Shown one piece after another: positions 9,278-17,521 of a stretch of 21,682 nucleotides of DNA. A program made the position numbers and the translations under genes. Under the pieces are notes generated by a model. That model was not told where the DNA came from, made no database searches, and was given only the letters and a program-made list of their open reading frames with translations. Position 1 is the first letter of the stretch. Each line of letters starts with the position of its first letter. The stretch spans positions 1 through 21,682 of the forward strand of contig JBQLZK010000092.1 of assembly GCA_052168235.1 (NCBI GenBank). The letters run 5' to 3'. Source of the DNA: Thainema sp. (lineage in GTDB: Bacteria > Cyanobacteriota > Cyanobacteriia > Phormidesmidales > Phormidesmidaceae).

Positions 9278-9643
9278 TTAGTACTTGCTCGTCTCGGCCC
9301 GGATTTGTTCAAACGTAATCTCCTGGCTTTCACCCGCAAAGTCATTATCTGGGGTTAGGAACAACATACAGTGACATTCCTTCCGCTCGCGCATGGGAAC
9401 ACAAGGGCAGTTCCAGAAGGCTGCGGCGACCTCAGCTTCCTTATCTTCATAATGACGGCAGGGACATAAAGGAGCACCTAGCTCCTCCTTATGCTTGGCT
9501 AATCCCTCAATCACCACAGCCGTTACGCCTGGATCTACACAAAAGTAGGTACCCGTACGCTTGGCATAGGTTTCTGAGAAGTTGCGCATCGCCTCAAGAT
9601 TTTTATCGGATGCTTGCTTTGCTTCTGTCGGTACTGAATTCAT
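9278..9643 (-). CDS. ftrC: Ferredoxin-thioredoxin reductase catalytic (beta) chain
   Basis: Diagnostic CPC...CPC...CHC motifs (LCPCRHY, WNCPCVPM, ECHCMLF). Confidence 0.96.
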   Translation of the reverse strand: MNSVPTEAKQASDKNLEAMRNFSETYAKRTGTYFCVDPGVTAVVIEGLAKHKEELGAPLCPCRHYEDKEAEVAAAFWNCPCVPMRERKECHCMLFLTPDNDFAGESQEITFEQIRAETSKY

Positions 9644-9674
9644 TTCGATCAGGTGCAGGACAACCAGTTAATTT

Positions 9675-9680
9675 TATAAT
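9675..9680 (+). promoter_or_regulatory. Candidate -10 box (TATAAT) for sufR transcription
   Basis: Perfect TATAAT immediately upstream of SufR operator 1; no clear -35. Confidence 0.35.
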
Positions 9681-9685
9681 TAAAG

Positions 9686-9739
9686 CAACAACTCTATTGC
9701 TTATATCTATTGTAGGCTACTTTAGAAACATAAAAGTTG
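9686..9739. promoter_or_regulatory. Two SufR-type operators (CAAC-N6-GTTG-like)
   Basis: CAAC-AACTCT-ATTG (9686-9699, inside AGCAAC...ATTGCT) and AAAC-ATAAAA-GTTG (9726-9739). Each is one mismatch from consensus, and they lie 26 bp apart, as described for the Synechocystis sufR-sufB region. Confidence 0.8.
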
Positions 9740-9743
9740 TCAA
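9714..9743 (-). promoter_or_regulatory. Candidate sigma70-type promoter of ftrC-sufBCDS
   Basis: TTGACA (9743-9738), 18-nt spacer, TAGCCT (9719-9714); alternative -10 TACAAT at 9714-9709. The -35 overlaps SufR operator 2. Confidence 0.55.
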
Positions 9744-9978
9744 AGTCCAGCCGAACCTTTTTTGAGGCGGTACCCCGTACTTGGTCTGTGTGAATTGCTC
9801 AGTTGTTCATGAGGCAATGCCTGCTGTATCGGCTTTGCACCAAGGTTTACAGCGAGTAGTCACAGTTCAGTACGATTCGCCTTAATTACCGTAAATTGCG
9901 CATCTTAAAAATCGCGCAGATTAAATTGCGGCAGGCCAATCGGTACGCACATCAGTACGCACACATATGGGGAAGACA

Positions 9979-10659
9979 ATGTCAACGACCCAGTCTACTT
10001 CGACAAAGCATGACATTCTGGAATATTTGCTGAAACACGGAGAGGCGAATGCCCATGATTTAGCGGAGCATCTGGATATCAGTCCGCAAGCGGTGCGCCG
10101 TCACTTGAAAGATTTGGAATCGGAATCCCTGATTCAGCATCACGCGATTCAAGAAGGCATGGGGCGACCCAATCATAAGTATTCTTTGAGCCAAGAGGGA
10201 CGCGATCGCTTTCCGGCTCAGTACGATGAGTTTGCGATTTCGCTGCTGGATACACTAACGGAAACCGTTGGCCAAGAGCAGGTCGGCACCATTCTGCAAA
10301 AGCAGTGGGAGCGCAAAGCCAAGGAGTATCGCGAACACCTGGGTCAGCAGCCGTTAGCCGAACGAGTGGCGGCACTGGTGGAACTGCGGCGCGCCGAAGG
10401 CTACATGGCCGAGTGGTATCGGGTGGAAGAAGATGAATCTGAGGCATCTGAGCCGTCTGAACCGTCTGAACCCAAATTCATCATCACAGAATATAACTGC
10501 GCTATTTCGCAAATTGCGGAATCGTTCCCAAACGTCTGCGACCACGAACTGGATATGTTTCGGGTTGCTCTAGATGGCTGTTCTGTCGAGCGCACTCACT
10601 GGATCGTCAACGGCGAACACCGCTGCGGCTATTTGATTAAGGCAAAAAATGATCAGTAA
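9979..10659 (+). CDS. sufR: Iron-sulfur cluster biosynthesis transcriptional regulator SufR
   Basis: N-terminal wHTH (ISPQAVRRHLKDLE, GMGRP) and C-terminal EYNCAI...VCDHEL...HRCGY Fe-S ligands; divergent from the suf operon. Start ATG 9979 preferred (GGGGA upstream); 9967 is possible. Confidence 0.95.
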   Translation: MSTTQSTSTKHDILEYLLKHGEANAHDLAEHLDISPQAVRRHLKDLESESLIQHHAIQEGMGRPNHKYSLSQEGRDRFPAQYDEFAISLLDTLTETVGQEQVGTILQKQWERKAKEYREHLGQQPLAERVAALVELRRAEGYMAEWYRVEEDESEASEPSEPSEPKFIITEYNCAISQIAESFPNVCDHELDMFRVALDGCSVERTHWIVNGEHRCGYLIKAKNDQ

Positions 10660-10727
10660 GGGCGAATGGCGTAGAGGGCGAATGGCCATTCGCTCCTACA
10701 AGGTTATGTCGGTCTTGTAGCCCCTAC
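10656..10727. repeat. GTAG-type REP palindrome with partial copies
   Basis: GTAGAGGGCGAATGGCCATTCGCTCCTAC (10671-10699), a half copy GTAAGGGCGAATGGC overlapping the sufR stop, and a collapsed GTAGCCCCTAC (10717-10727). Confidence 0.7.
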
Positions 10728-10743
10728 AGGAACGATATTCTTT

Positions 10744-10837
10744 GTAGGTCGGGTTGAGGTACGAAACCCGATGAATTCAGTGATTTTTTGAGAATGTCAC
10801 CTTGTGCTGTTGGGTTTCCTTCGTCAACCCAACCTAC
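10744..10837. repeat. Inverted REP doublet (REPIN-like)
   Basis: GTAGGTCGGGTTGAGGTACGAAACCCGAT (10744-10772) and an inverted copy reading GTAGGTTGGGTTGACGAAGGAAACCCAAC on the minus strand (10837-10809). Each is GTAG plus an internal GGGTT/AACCC hairpin; 36-nt spacer. Confidence 0.8.
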
Positions 10838-10929
10838 GAATTATGACTAATGTGGTCAGGCTTGTGAGTTAATGGGCTTATGGCAAAACGGCTTCAGAGC
10901 CGACACATTTGAGGGATCGAGGCAAAACT

Positions 10930-11619
10930 GTGCATTTGTTAATTCCAGCGGCGGGCATGGGGCGACGGATGAAGAGCGATCGCAACAAGCTGCTGCTGTC
11001 GCTGCTTGGCCGACCACTGATTGAATGGAACCTGCGGGCGATTGATCAGGCCAAATCGATTACCTGGATTGGCATTATTGGCCAACCAACTGACCAGCCG
11101 GATTTAAATGCGATCGCAACCAGTTTGAACCTGAGTAAACCCGTTGAATTCATTATTGGCGGTGCGACTCGGCAGGAATCAGTCTATAACGGTTTGCAAG
11201 CGCTGCCGGATGATGCGACGCATGTGCTAATTCATGATGGCGCTCGCTGTTTGGCCACGCCGGATTTGCTCAACCGCTGTGCGGCAGCACTGGAAACCTG
11301 TCCTGGATTAATTGCCGCTGTGCCCGTCAAAGACACGATCAAAGTGGTAGACGATCAGCACCGGATTAAAGACACGCCCAATCGCAGCTATCTGTGGGCA
11401 GCGCAAACGCCCCAGGGCTTTGAGGTACAGACGCTGAAGGATTGCCACGAAAAAGGTCGTCAACTGGGCTGGGAAGTGACCGACGATGCGGCATTGTTTG
11501 AAAAATGCGGCTTGCCCGTGCAGATTGTCGAAGGCGAAGAGACAAACTTGAAAGTGACCACGCCCGTTGATCTTGCGATCGCAGAATTTATCCTCCGCCA
11601 GCGCCAGGACTCGGTCTAA
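10930..11619 (+). CDS. ispD: 2-C-methyl-D-erythritol 4-phosphate cytidylyltransferase
   Basis: LIPAAGMGRRM, GGATRQESV, VLIHDGAR, AQTPQGF, VTDDA, NLKVTTPVDL; GTG start at 10930 preferred over TTG 10909. Confidence 0.96.
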   Translation: MHLLIPAAGMGRRMKSDRNKLLLSLLGRPLIEWNLRAIDQAKSITWIGIIGQPTDQPDLNAIATSLNLSKPVEFIIGGATRQESVYNGLQALPDDATHVLIHDGARCLATPDLLNRCAAALETCPGLIAAVPVKDTIKVVDDQHRIKDTPNRSYLWAAQTPQGFEVQTLKDCHEKGRQLGWEVTDDAALFEKCGLPVQIVEGEETNLKVTTPVDLAIAEFILRQRQDSV

Positions 11620-11631
11620 GACAGGTAAGTG

Positions 11632-12828
11632 TCATTGAGCCTTGCCATACCAAATTTGCTCCGCCTGACCCGCAAGCTGACGTGCTCGATCCCAGCTGGG
11701 CTGATCGAGCAGAATCGTGACGTGGCCTAGTTTGCGTCCGGGCCGAGAATCTGCCTTGCCGTACCAGTGGACGGCTGCGCCCGGGATTTGGGCAAGCTGC
11801 TGCCGCCGTTCCGCGTAGTCGGATTGGGAATATTCAAAACCGAGTAAATTGACCATCACTGCCGCTTGGCAGTTTTTGAAGGCAACGCTGCCCAAAGGAT
11901 AGCCACCAACGGCGCGGAGCTGCTGCTCAAACTGGGAGGTTTCGCTGGCATCCAGCGTGTAGTGGCCGGAATTGTGGGTGCGGGGGGCAATCTCGTTGAC
12001 CAGGACGCGATTGTCAGGCGTCAAAAATAATTCAATGCCGAAGATGCCCACCACGTCTAGCTGCGTCAAAAGTTTTTTTGCCATATCTTGTACCTGATCT
12101 GCGATCTCAGATTCAACATGGGCCGGAGCAAAGACGCGATGACAAACCTGATTTTCCTGCTCGGTAACCACGACCGGATAAACGGCAATTTCTCCAGACC
12201 GCGATCGCGCCGCCATGACCGCCAGTTCAGCCTGAAACGGCACAAATTCTTCTAGCAGCACTGGGGCGTAGTTCAGCTTTTGCCAGAGTTGAGCAAGGTC
12301 GTCCAGCGTTTTCAGAATGAACGTGCCCTGACCGTCATAGCCGTGCCGTCTGGTTTTCAGCACCACTGGAAAGCCCAGTTCCGTCAGCCGATCCGCATCG
12401 TCCTCATCTTCTAGCGTGATAAATCGTGGCGTCGGTAGCCCAATCGACTGCAGATAGCAGCGCTGGTCATACTTATCCAGCAACGGACGCAGCGCATCTA
12501 GCCGAGGACAAAACAGCGTGCCCGCGTCTTCTATCGGCGCTAACCGATGCAGATCAATAAATTCATTCTCAAACGTAATCACATCACAGCGCTGGGCCAA
12601 ATTTGCCGTTGCTTTGGCATCCGCTACCGGAGCCAAAATCGTTTCAGTTGCGATCGCAACTGCTGGATCGCTCGCACTTGGTGTTTGAATAATCAAATCG
12701 AGCTGAAGTGCTGCGGCCCCATCTGCCATCATCCAGGCCAACTGCCCACCGCCAATCACTCCGACTCGACGCGCGGGAGCAGTGCTAGAGAACGTTTGAG
12801 CAACAGAGTCAGGTCGCAGAGAAGTCAT
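11632..12828 (-). CDS. purK: N5-carboxyaminoimidazole ribonucleotide synthase
   Basis: GVIGGGQLAWMM, ITFENEF, GYDGQG, NEIAPRTHNSGH, SQFEQQLRA, YGK..RPGRKLGH. Confidence 0.96.
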   Translation of the reverse strand: MTSLRPDSVAQTFSSTAPARRVGVIGGGQLAWMMADGAAALQLDLIIQTPSASDPAVAIATETILAPVADAKATANLAQRCDVITFENEFIDLHRLAPIEDAGTLFCPRLDALRPLLDKYDQRCYLQSIGLPTPRFITLEDEDDADRLTELGFPVVLKTRRHGYDGQGTFILKTLDDLAQLWQKLNYAPVLLEEFVPFQAELAVMAARSRSGEIAVYPVVVTEQENQVCHRVFAPAHVESEIADQVQDMAKKLLTQLDVVGIFGIELFLTPDNRVLVNEIAPRTHNSGHYTLDASETSQFEQQLRAVGGYPLGSVAFKNCQAAVMVNLLGFEYSQSDYAERRQQLAQIPGAAVHWYGKADSRPGRKLGHVTILLDQPSWDRARQLAGQAEQIWYGKAQ

Positions 12829-12863
12829 AAGTCGGATGCAAAAGTGAGGCTAGCAAGGTCGGT

Positions 12864-12872
12864 ATTATAGCA
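12864..12872 (-). promoter_or_regulatory. Extended -10 promoter element for purK
   Basis: TG-C-TATAAT on the minus strand, 35 nt upstream of the purK ATG and just downstream of the 21-bp palindrome. Confidence 0.6.
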
Positions 12873-12890
12873 ATTGCTTGGGGAAATCTG

Positions 12891-12937
12891 AGGAAGGGAG
12901 ATGAGCTGACGTGATGCGTCAGCTCATCTCCCTTCCT
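12891..12937. repeat. Perfect inverted repeat, 21-bp arms, 5-nt loop, just downstream of the histidine kinase stop
   Basis: AGGAAGGGAGATGAGCTGACG-TGATG-CGTCAGCTCATCTCCCTTCCT. Confidence 0.95.
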
Positions 12938-12944
12938 TAAGTGT

Positions 12945-15900
12945 TTATGGATTCGACGACGTTAGCTCTGAGTCATCAACGACGACGTGGCGGGGCAGCT
13001 CAATTCGAAAGGTAGAGCCTTGTCCTAACGTACTTTCGACTTCAATCTGACCGTTCATAATCCGCACCAACCAGTCAGAAATGGCCAGCCCCAGTCCCGT
13101 ACCTGAATAGTGACGGGTCATAGTCTGATCGGCCTGACGAAACTCGTGAAAAATCGCTTCTAAATCTTTTTGATCAATGCCGATGCCGGTATCTTTAACG
13201 GTGATGATAATCGTATCGGTGGCCTCATTGTGGGCGAGATGAATATTAACTTCACCCACTTCAGTGAATTTGATTGCATTGGAAATGAGATTGACCACAA
13301 TCTGGCGTAGTCGCTTGCGATCATTGACCACATAGGGATTATTGAGATGAGTCTGGGTAATCAGCTTGAGCTGTTTTTGGGCAGCTAGCGATCGCAATTC
13401 AGCCGCCGTGCTTTTGACCAAGCTGCTGAGATTAAATTCTTCTAAATTCAGCTTTAATCGTCCCGCTTCAATCTTGGACAGATCCAAAATGTCATTAATC
13501 AAAGACAGCAAATTTTTGCCGTTATTCAAAATGCGCTGCACCATATCGAGCTGGGCAGGCTGAAGCGGATGCTGGCGCTGGCGCAGCAGCAGTTGCGAGA
13601 AGCCAATTACGGCATTCATGGGGGTTCGCAGTTCGTGGGACATGGTGGCGAGAAACTGGGATTTCAGCCGCGAGACTTCCTGGAGCTGTTCATTCTGCTC
13701 CTGAATTTGCTGGCGATGCTGTTCGAGCTGGGCATTTTGCTGGGCCAGTAGCTCGTTTTGGTGAGCCAGTTGGATTTCGCGTTCTTCAAGCGCCTGAATC
13801 AAACGGGCATTGCTCAGTGCGATCGCAGCTTGTTCACCAAACGCCATCAGCAGCTTCTGATCTTCCGGCTTAAAGACCCGATCGTTTTGCCAGTTGCCCA
13901 CGGCCAGCACGCCTAAGCGCCCTTCATGGGACGACTCAATGGGCACCGCACACAGCGCCGACGGCACCTGTACATCTTCTGATACATCCACCGCCGCCGC
14001 CACCTGGATCAGTAGCGGTTCGCCCGTGCTGTAAACCTGACCCAACCAGCCCTGGCCAACATCAAAACCCTGCTCGGCATCAATTCTCTCCACGTTGTGT
14101 CCCGTAGCTGCCGTAATTTCCAGCTGTTGAGTTTGCTCGTTGTGCAGCACAATCAGACCAAATTCGGCCACTGGCAACGCTTCTTGAATCGAGCGCACCA
14201 TCACCTGCAGGAGTTCGGGTAAGTCTGCCAGCCGCTGATTCAGCAAATTGGTCAACTGCTGCAGCGTCTGCATTTGCTGCTGCTGTTCGCCCAGAACGAC
14301 AATGGCGCGACGCAAGCGATCGCTAGCGTCTTGGGCCTGACGATAGAGGCGAGCGTTTTCGACAGCCAGTGCCGCGCGCCGCGCCAAATCTTTCGCTGGC
14401 ACCAGATCGAGCTCGTCATAGGTGTGGTTGGGCTGCGTAGTAATCAGCGACAGCGCCCCTAGGATACGCCCTTGAACCATCAGCGGTGCAACAATGACCG
14501 ACTGAAAGTCAAGCTGCTTCAAAATCTGGAAATGCTCATCATTTTGCGCAATGGTTCGCTGAACATCGTCGGAGATAGACGAGATGAGCTGCGTTTCCCC
14601 CGTTTGAAGCGCCGTGCGAATCGCCTGATGGCGTTCGAGCGTGGGCGGATAATCTCGCAGTTTTTCAATCAGATTGACATCAAGATTAGGGCCAGAGTGA
14701 GCCGTGGCCACCCGTTCAAACATGCCGTCTTCGCGGACAACATCAATAACGCAGAGATCAGCCAGATAGTCCACGGACAGTTGAGCAATACGCTGAAGCG
14801 TGGTTTCGTAATTGAGCGAGGTGGCAAACAGCGTACTGGATTCCGACATCAGTCGTCGATACTGCTCAATCCGGCGCTGCTCTTGGATATTACGTGCGAT
14901 CGCAACAAAGCGTGGCTGTTCACCCGATGGAGCCACAAACTGAATAAATAGCTCCACGGGCAGTAGCTGCTTTTCATGAGTATAAAAAACCGTCTCAATC
15001 GTGTAGGACGAGAGATTGCCCTGGCGCAGCGTTTCCAGAATCGGGTTGAGTCGTTCCTGCTCCAGCGTCGGAATCAAGTCCGAAAGCCGCATTTGAAAAA
15101 ACTGATCTTCCCCATAGCCCAACTGCCGAATTGCACCCTGATTCACGTAGAAAAACTGCAGGCTCACTGGCTCGAACATGAAAATGCTATCCGCACTGAG
15201 ATCGAGCGTGGTTTTGAACTGGCTCAGCGCGATATTGGCTCGCCGCAGCCGTTCGCGAGCCTGGTTCTGTTCCGTCACCTCAACGGCATGCACAAAAATG
15301 CCGTCCACCTGTCCCTGGTGGTCATAGGTTGGCAAGTGAACAAAGTTAAAATAGGCTGTCCGCGCACCAAAACGACCTGTACTAAATTCAACTTTGACAT
15401 TGTTGCCCACCAGCGGTTTATTCGTGCGATAAACCTGGTGCAATTGATCCAAGAAGCCGTGATCCACAGCTTCCGGCCACACTTCAGCAATGGGGCGACC
15501 AATTACGTCATCCATACCCACAAACTGCCGATAGTAGGTATTGGCAAACTGGTGAATAAAGTCGGTTCCTTTCAGCCAGCAGATAATCGCTGGAGCCTCC
15601 ATCAGAACTGATTGAAACGATGTCGGCGCTGATGTGGACGCTACATTTTGGGTCGGACTCTGGAGGAACTGCTCTGAAGGAAGGGGTTGGGAAAAGGGCT
15701 GAGAAGCTGCGATCGCAGTTGACTCCAGTTCTGGCTCCAACCCTGCGGGCATCTCCGCTGGCGTCTGGACACACTCCGTTGGCCCAGCCCCATCTGCGTA
15801 GCTATCAATGTAACCATCAGCTTGATGTCCATCAGGATAAGTGACATCACGAGTGTAGGAAGCTGACTCAGCCGCTACAGAGTGAGAAGCTTGAGAAATT

Positions 15901-16397
15901 TGAGGCGTTTGAGATGTTAAGGAAGAAGTTGCGATCGCATTCTGAAACCGCTGCTTGAGGCGCTCAATATTGGTAAAGGTGCCAACCCACTCGACGACCC
16001 GCCCATCAGTATCATAGACGGGCACCATCTGCATCCAAAACCACTGATAGCAGCCATCGAATCGTTGCAGCCGCAGCTCAAGACCTTGGGACGAATCACC
16101 ATTAGCGTTAGCCCCATCACCTACAGCAGACGCATCTACTCGGGGAGGACAGCATTGTCTCACCCGCTCAACGTCATCAGCGTGAATCCGCCGCAGTACA
16201 GACTCAACGTCATAAGATTGTCTAGATTCTCTGTGCCCATCCCCGCACTCAGACGAATGCTCCTCAGCATTGCCCTCCAGATAAAATTGCCAAGCTGCAT
16301 TCCAGTCTTGAGCCTGGCCGTGATTGTCTACAATCCACACAAGCTGTGAGAGAGCCTGTAGCCGCTGTTGATACTGTCCCGGCCTATCTTGTTCCAT
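12945..16397 (-). CDS. Cytoplasmic multi-sensor histidine kinase (PAS - linker - PAS - PAS - GAF - GAF - HisKA - HATPase), 1150 aa
   Basis: H-box FLATMSHELRTPMN, N-box QIVVNLISNAIKFT, G1 DTGIGI, G2 GTGLGLAI. PAS/PAC-like and GAF-like segments (ARRAALAVENARLY; GEQAAIALSNARL). No receiver domain and no evident transmembrane helix. Confidence 0.93.
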   Translation of the reverse strand: MEQDRPGQYQQRLQALSQLVWIVDNHGQAQDWNAAWQFYLEGNAEEHSSECGDGHRESRQSYDVESVLRRIHADDVERVRQCCPPRVDASAVGDGANANGDSSQGLELRLQRFDGCYQWFWMQMVPVYDTDGRVVEWVGTFTNIERLKQRFQNAIATSSLTSQTPQISQASHSVAAESASYTRDVTYPDGHQADGYIDSYADGAGPTECVQTPAEMPAGLEPELESTAIAASQPFSQPLPSEQFLQSPTQNVASTSAPTSFQSVLMEAPAIICWLKGTDFIHQFANTYYRQFVGMDDVIGRPIAEVWPEAVDHGFLDQLHQVYRTNKPLVGNNVKVEFSTGRFGARTAYFNFVHLPTYDHQGQVDGIFVHAVEVTEQNQARERLRRANIALSQFKTTLDLSADSIFMFEPVSLQFFYVNQGAIRQLGYGEDQFFQMRLSDLIPTLEQERLNPILETLRQGNLSSYTIETVFYTHEKQLLPVELFIQFVAPSGEQPRFVAIARNIQEQRRIEQYRRLMSESSTLFATSLNYETTLQRIAQLSVDYLADLCVIDVVREDGMFERVATAHSGPNLDVNLIEKLRDYPPTLERHQAIRTALQTGETQLISSISDDVQRTIAQNDEHFQILKQLDFQSVIVAPLMVQGRILGALSLITTQPNHTYDELDLVPAKDLARRAALAVENARLYRQAQDASDRLRRAIVVLGEQQQQMQTLQQLTNLLNQRLADLPELLQVMVRSIQEALPVAEFGLIVLHNEQTQQLEITAATGHNVERIDAEQGFDVGQGWLGQVYSTGEPLLIQVAAAVDVSEDVQVPSALCAVPIESSHEGRLGVLAVGNWQNDRVFKPEDQKLLMAFGEQAAIALSNARLIQALEEREIQLAHQNELLAQQNAQLEQHRQQIQEQNEQLQEVSRLKSQFLATMSHELRTPMNAVIGFSQLLLRQRQHPLQPAQLDMVQRILNNGKNLLSLINDILDLSKIEAGRLKLNLEEFNLSSLVKSTAAELRSLAAQKQLKLITQTHLNNPYVVNDRKRLRQIVVNLISNAIKFTEVGEVNIHLAHNEATDTIIITVKDTGIGIDQKDLEAIFHEFRQADQTMTRHYSGTGLGLAISDWLVRIMNGQIEVESTLGQGSTFRIELPRHVVVDDSELTSSNP

Positions 16398-16772
16398 CTC
16401 TACTCATTTACTCAATACTGGGGCTGAATTCTGCGATCGCTTGGCTTGGTGGCTGAATCCTGATGTTGATGCTGCTGTTAGTTTTGATACGAACCAAGGC
16501 TAAATATTTGGTCTGACGACTAAATACAACGACTAAATACTAGTACTGGCCCAATAACAGCGGTTAACAGTAGATCTACTCATCATTCTGTACCTTGTAT
16601 CTGGCTAAACTAACACCAGAAGAAATAACTTGCTATCCACTTGTGGTAGCAAATTAGCTCTTAGAACTGTTTGGCGTCGGTCAGCATGATAAGCCTATCT
16701 ATAGTCCGTATCCACCTTATCCATGTGGTGCTTATCTATAAAATGCTTGTCCGTACTTATTCAGTGATCTAA

Positions 16773-16836
16773 AACTAAACATCTAAACGAGCTCTATGCT
16801 TCTGAACTAAACATCTAAATGGGCTCTATGCTTCTG
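16773..16836. repeat. Tandem duplication, 2 x 32 bp
   Basis: AACTAAACATCTAAACGAGCTCTATGCTTCTG / AACTAAACATCTAAATGGGCTCTATGCTTCTG (2 differences). Confidence 0.9.
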
Positions 16837-17521
16837 ATTTGATACTGAGTTTGATAACAGAGTCAACGACTTCGGAGTTTATTACCAGCATAGTTGAACT
16901 CGCTCCGACTGCGTTAGAGCCGAAAGTCTGAGATATAAATCTGATCTTAGATAGATTACGGTGCGCTTCAAACTTGTTTATGATCAGCCCGTTGAGATGA
17001 ATACTCATTGTTATTCAGACCAAACAGTGCTGCAATATTTTTCCTACAATGTTTTTGCCCTGGTGAGGATACTGATTAGATTGTGGTGGAGGTCAAGATT
17101 AGAATAGCTGCTGAGTTCGTATCTTGAAACACATCTTTCAAGTCGAGAATTAGCAGGAAATTGGCAAAGCTTTGAGGAGCTCCCAATCCAGCTAATGTTT
17201 TTTCAGGTTAAGATGTCAATCTAAACTGACTCATTTTTTCACTAATGGTTCATGCTGGTTAGTGAAACTGGATAATAGAAATTGATGGGTAGAAAGTGAA
17301 CTGAGCCTATCTCAATCATAACTTCTGCTTTTTGATGCAAACCTAGGCTACAGACGAGCTGAGTCAAGTTAAGCAAAGAGTCATGAAGTAAAAGCTACCG
17401 CACCGCAATAGCGGCGATGGAGATTAGCGCATCAAGATCGACGATCCTCACTGGCTCCCACTAGCATAGAAAAAATTTTGGGGTTACTGTTTTTTCGTTA
17501 CGCAAAGGCACAGATAAGGCT

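Noticed and set aside
11632..12828. purK without an adjacent purE
   Set aside because: Scattered pur genes are normal in cyanobacteria.
13800..14830. Cyanobacteriochrome or phytochrome GAF domains in the kinase
   Set aside because: No DXCF/DIP-type motif or chromophore-binding CH motif is visible in either GAF.
16630..16739. DnaA boxes or oriC
   Set aside because: The TATCCAC motifs do not complete TTATCCACA / TTWTNCACA, and there is no dnaA or dnaN context.
16773..16836. CRISPR-like 32-bp repeats
   Set aside because: Only two directly adjacent copies, no spacer and no cas genes; this is a simple tandem duplication.
16826..17008. 60-aa minus-strand ORF in the long spacer
   Set aside because: No clear RBS, no recognisable motif, and its 3' end runs into the tandem repeat; likely chance.
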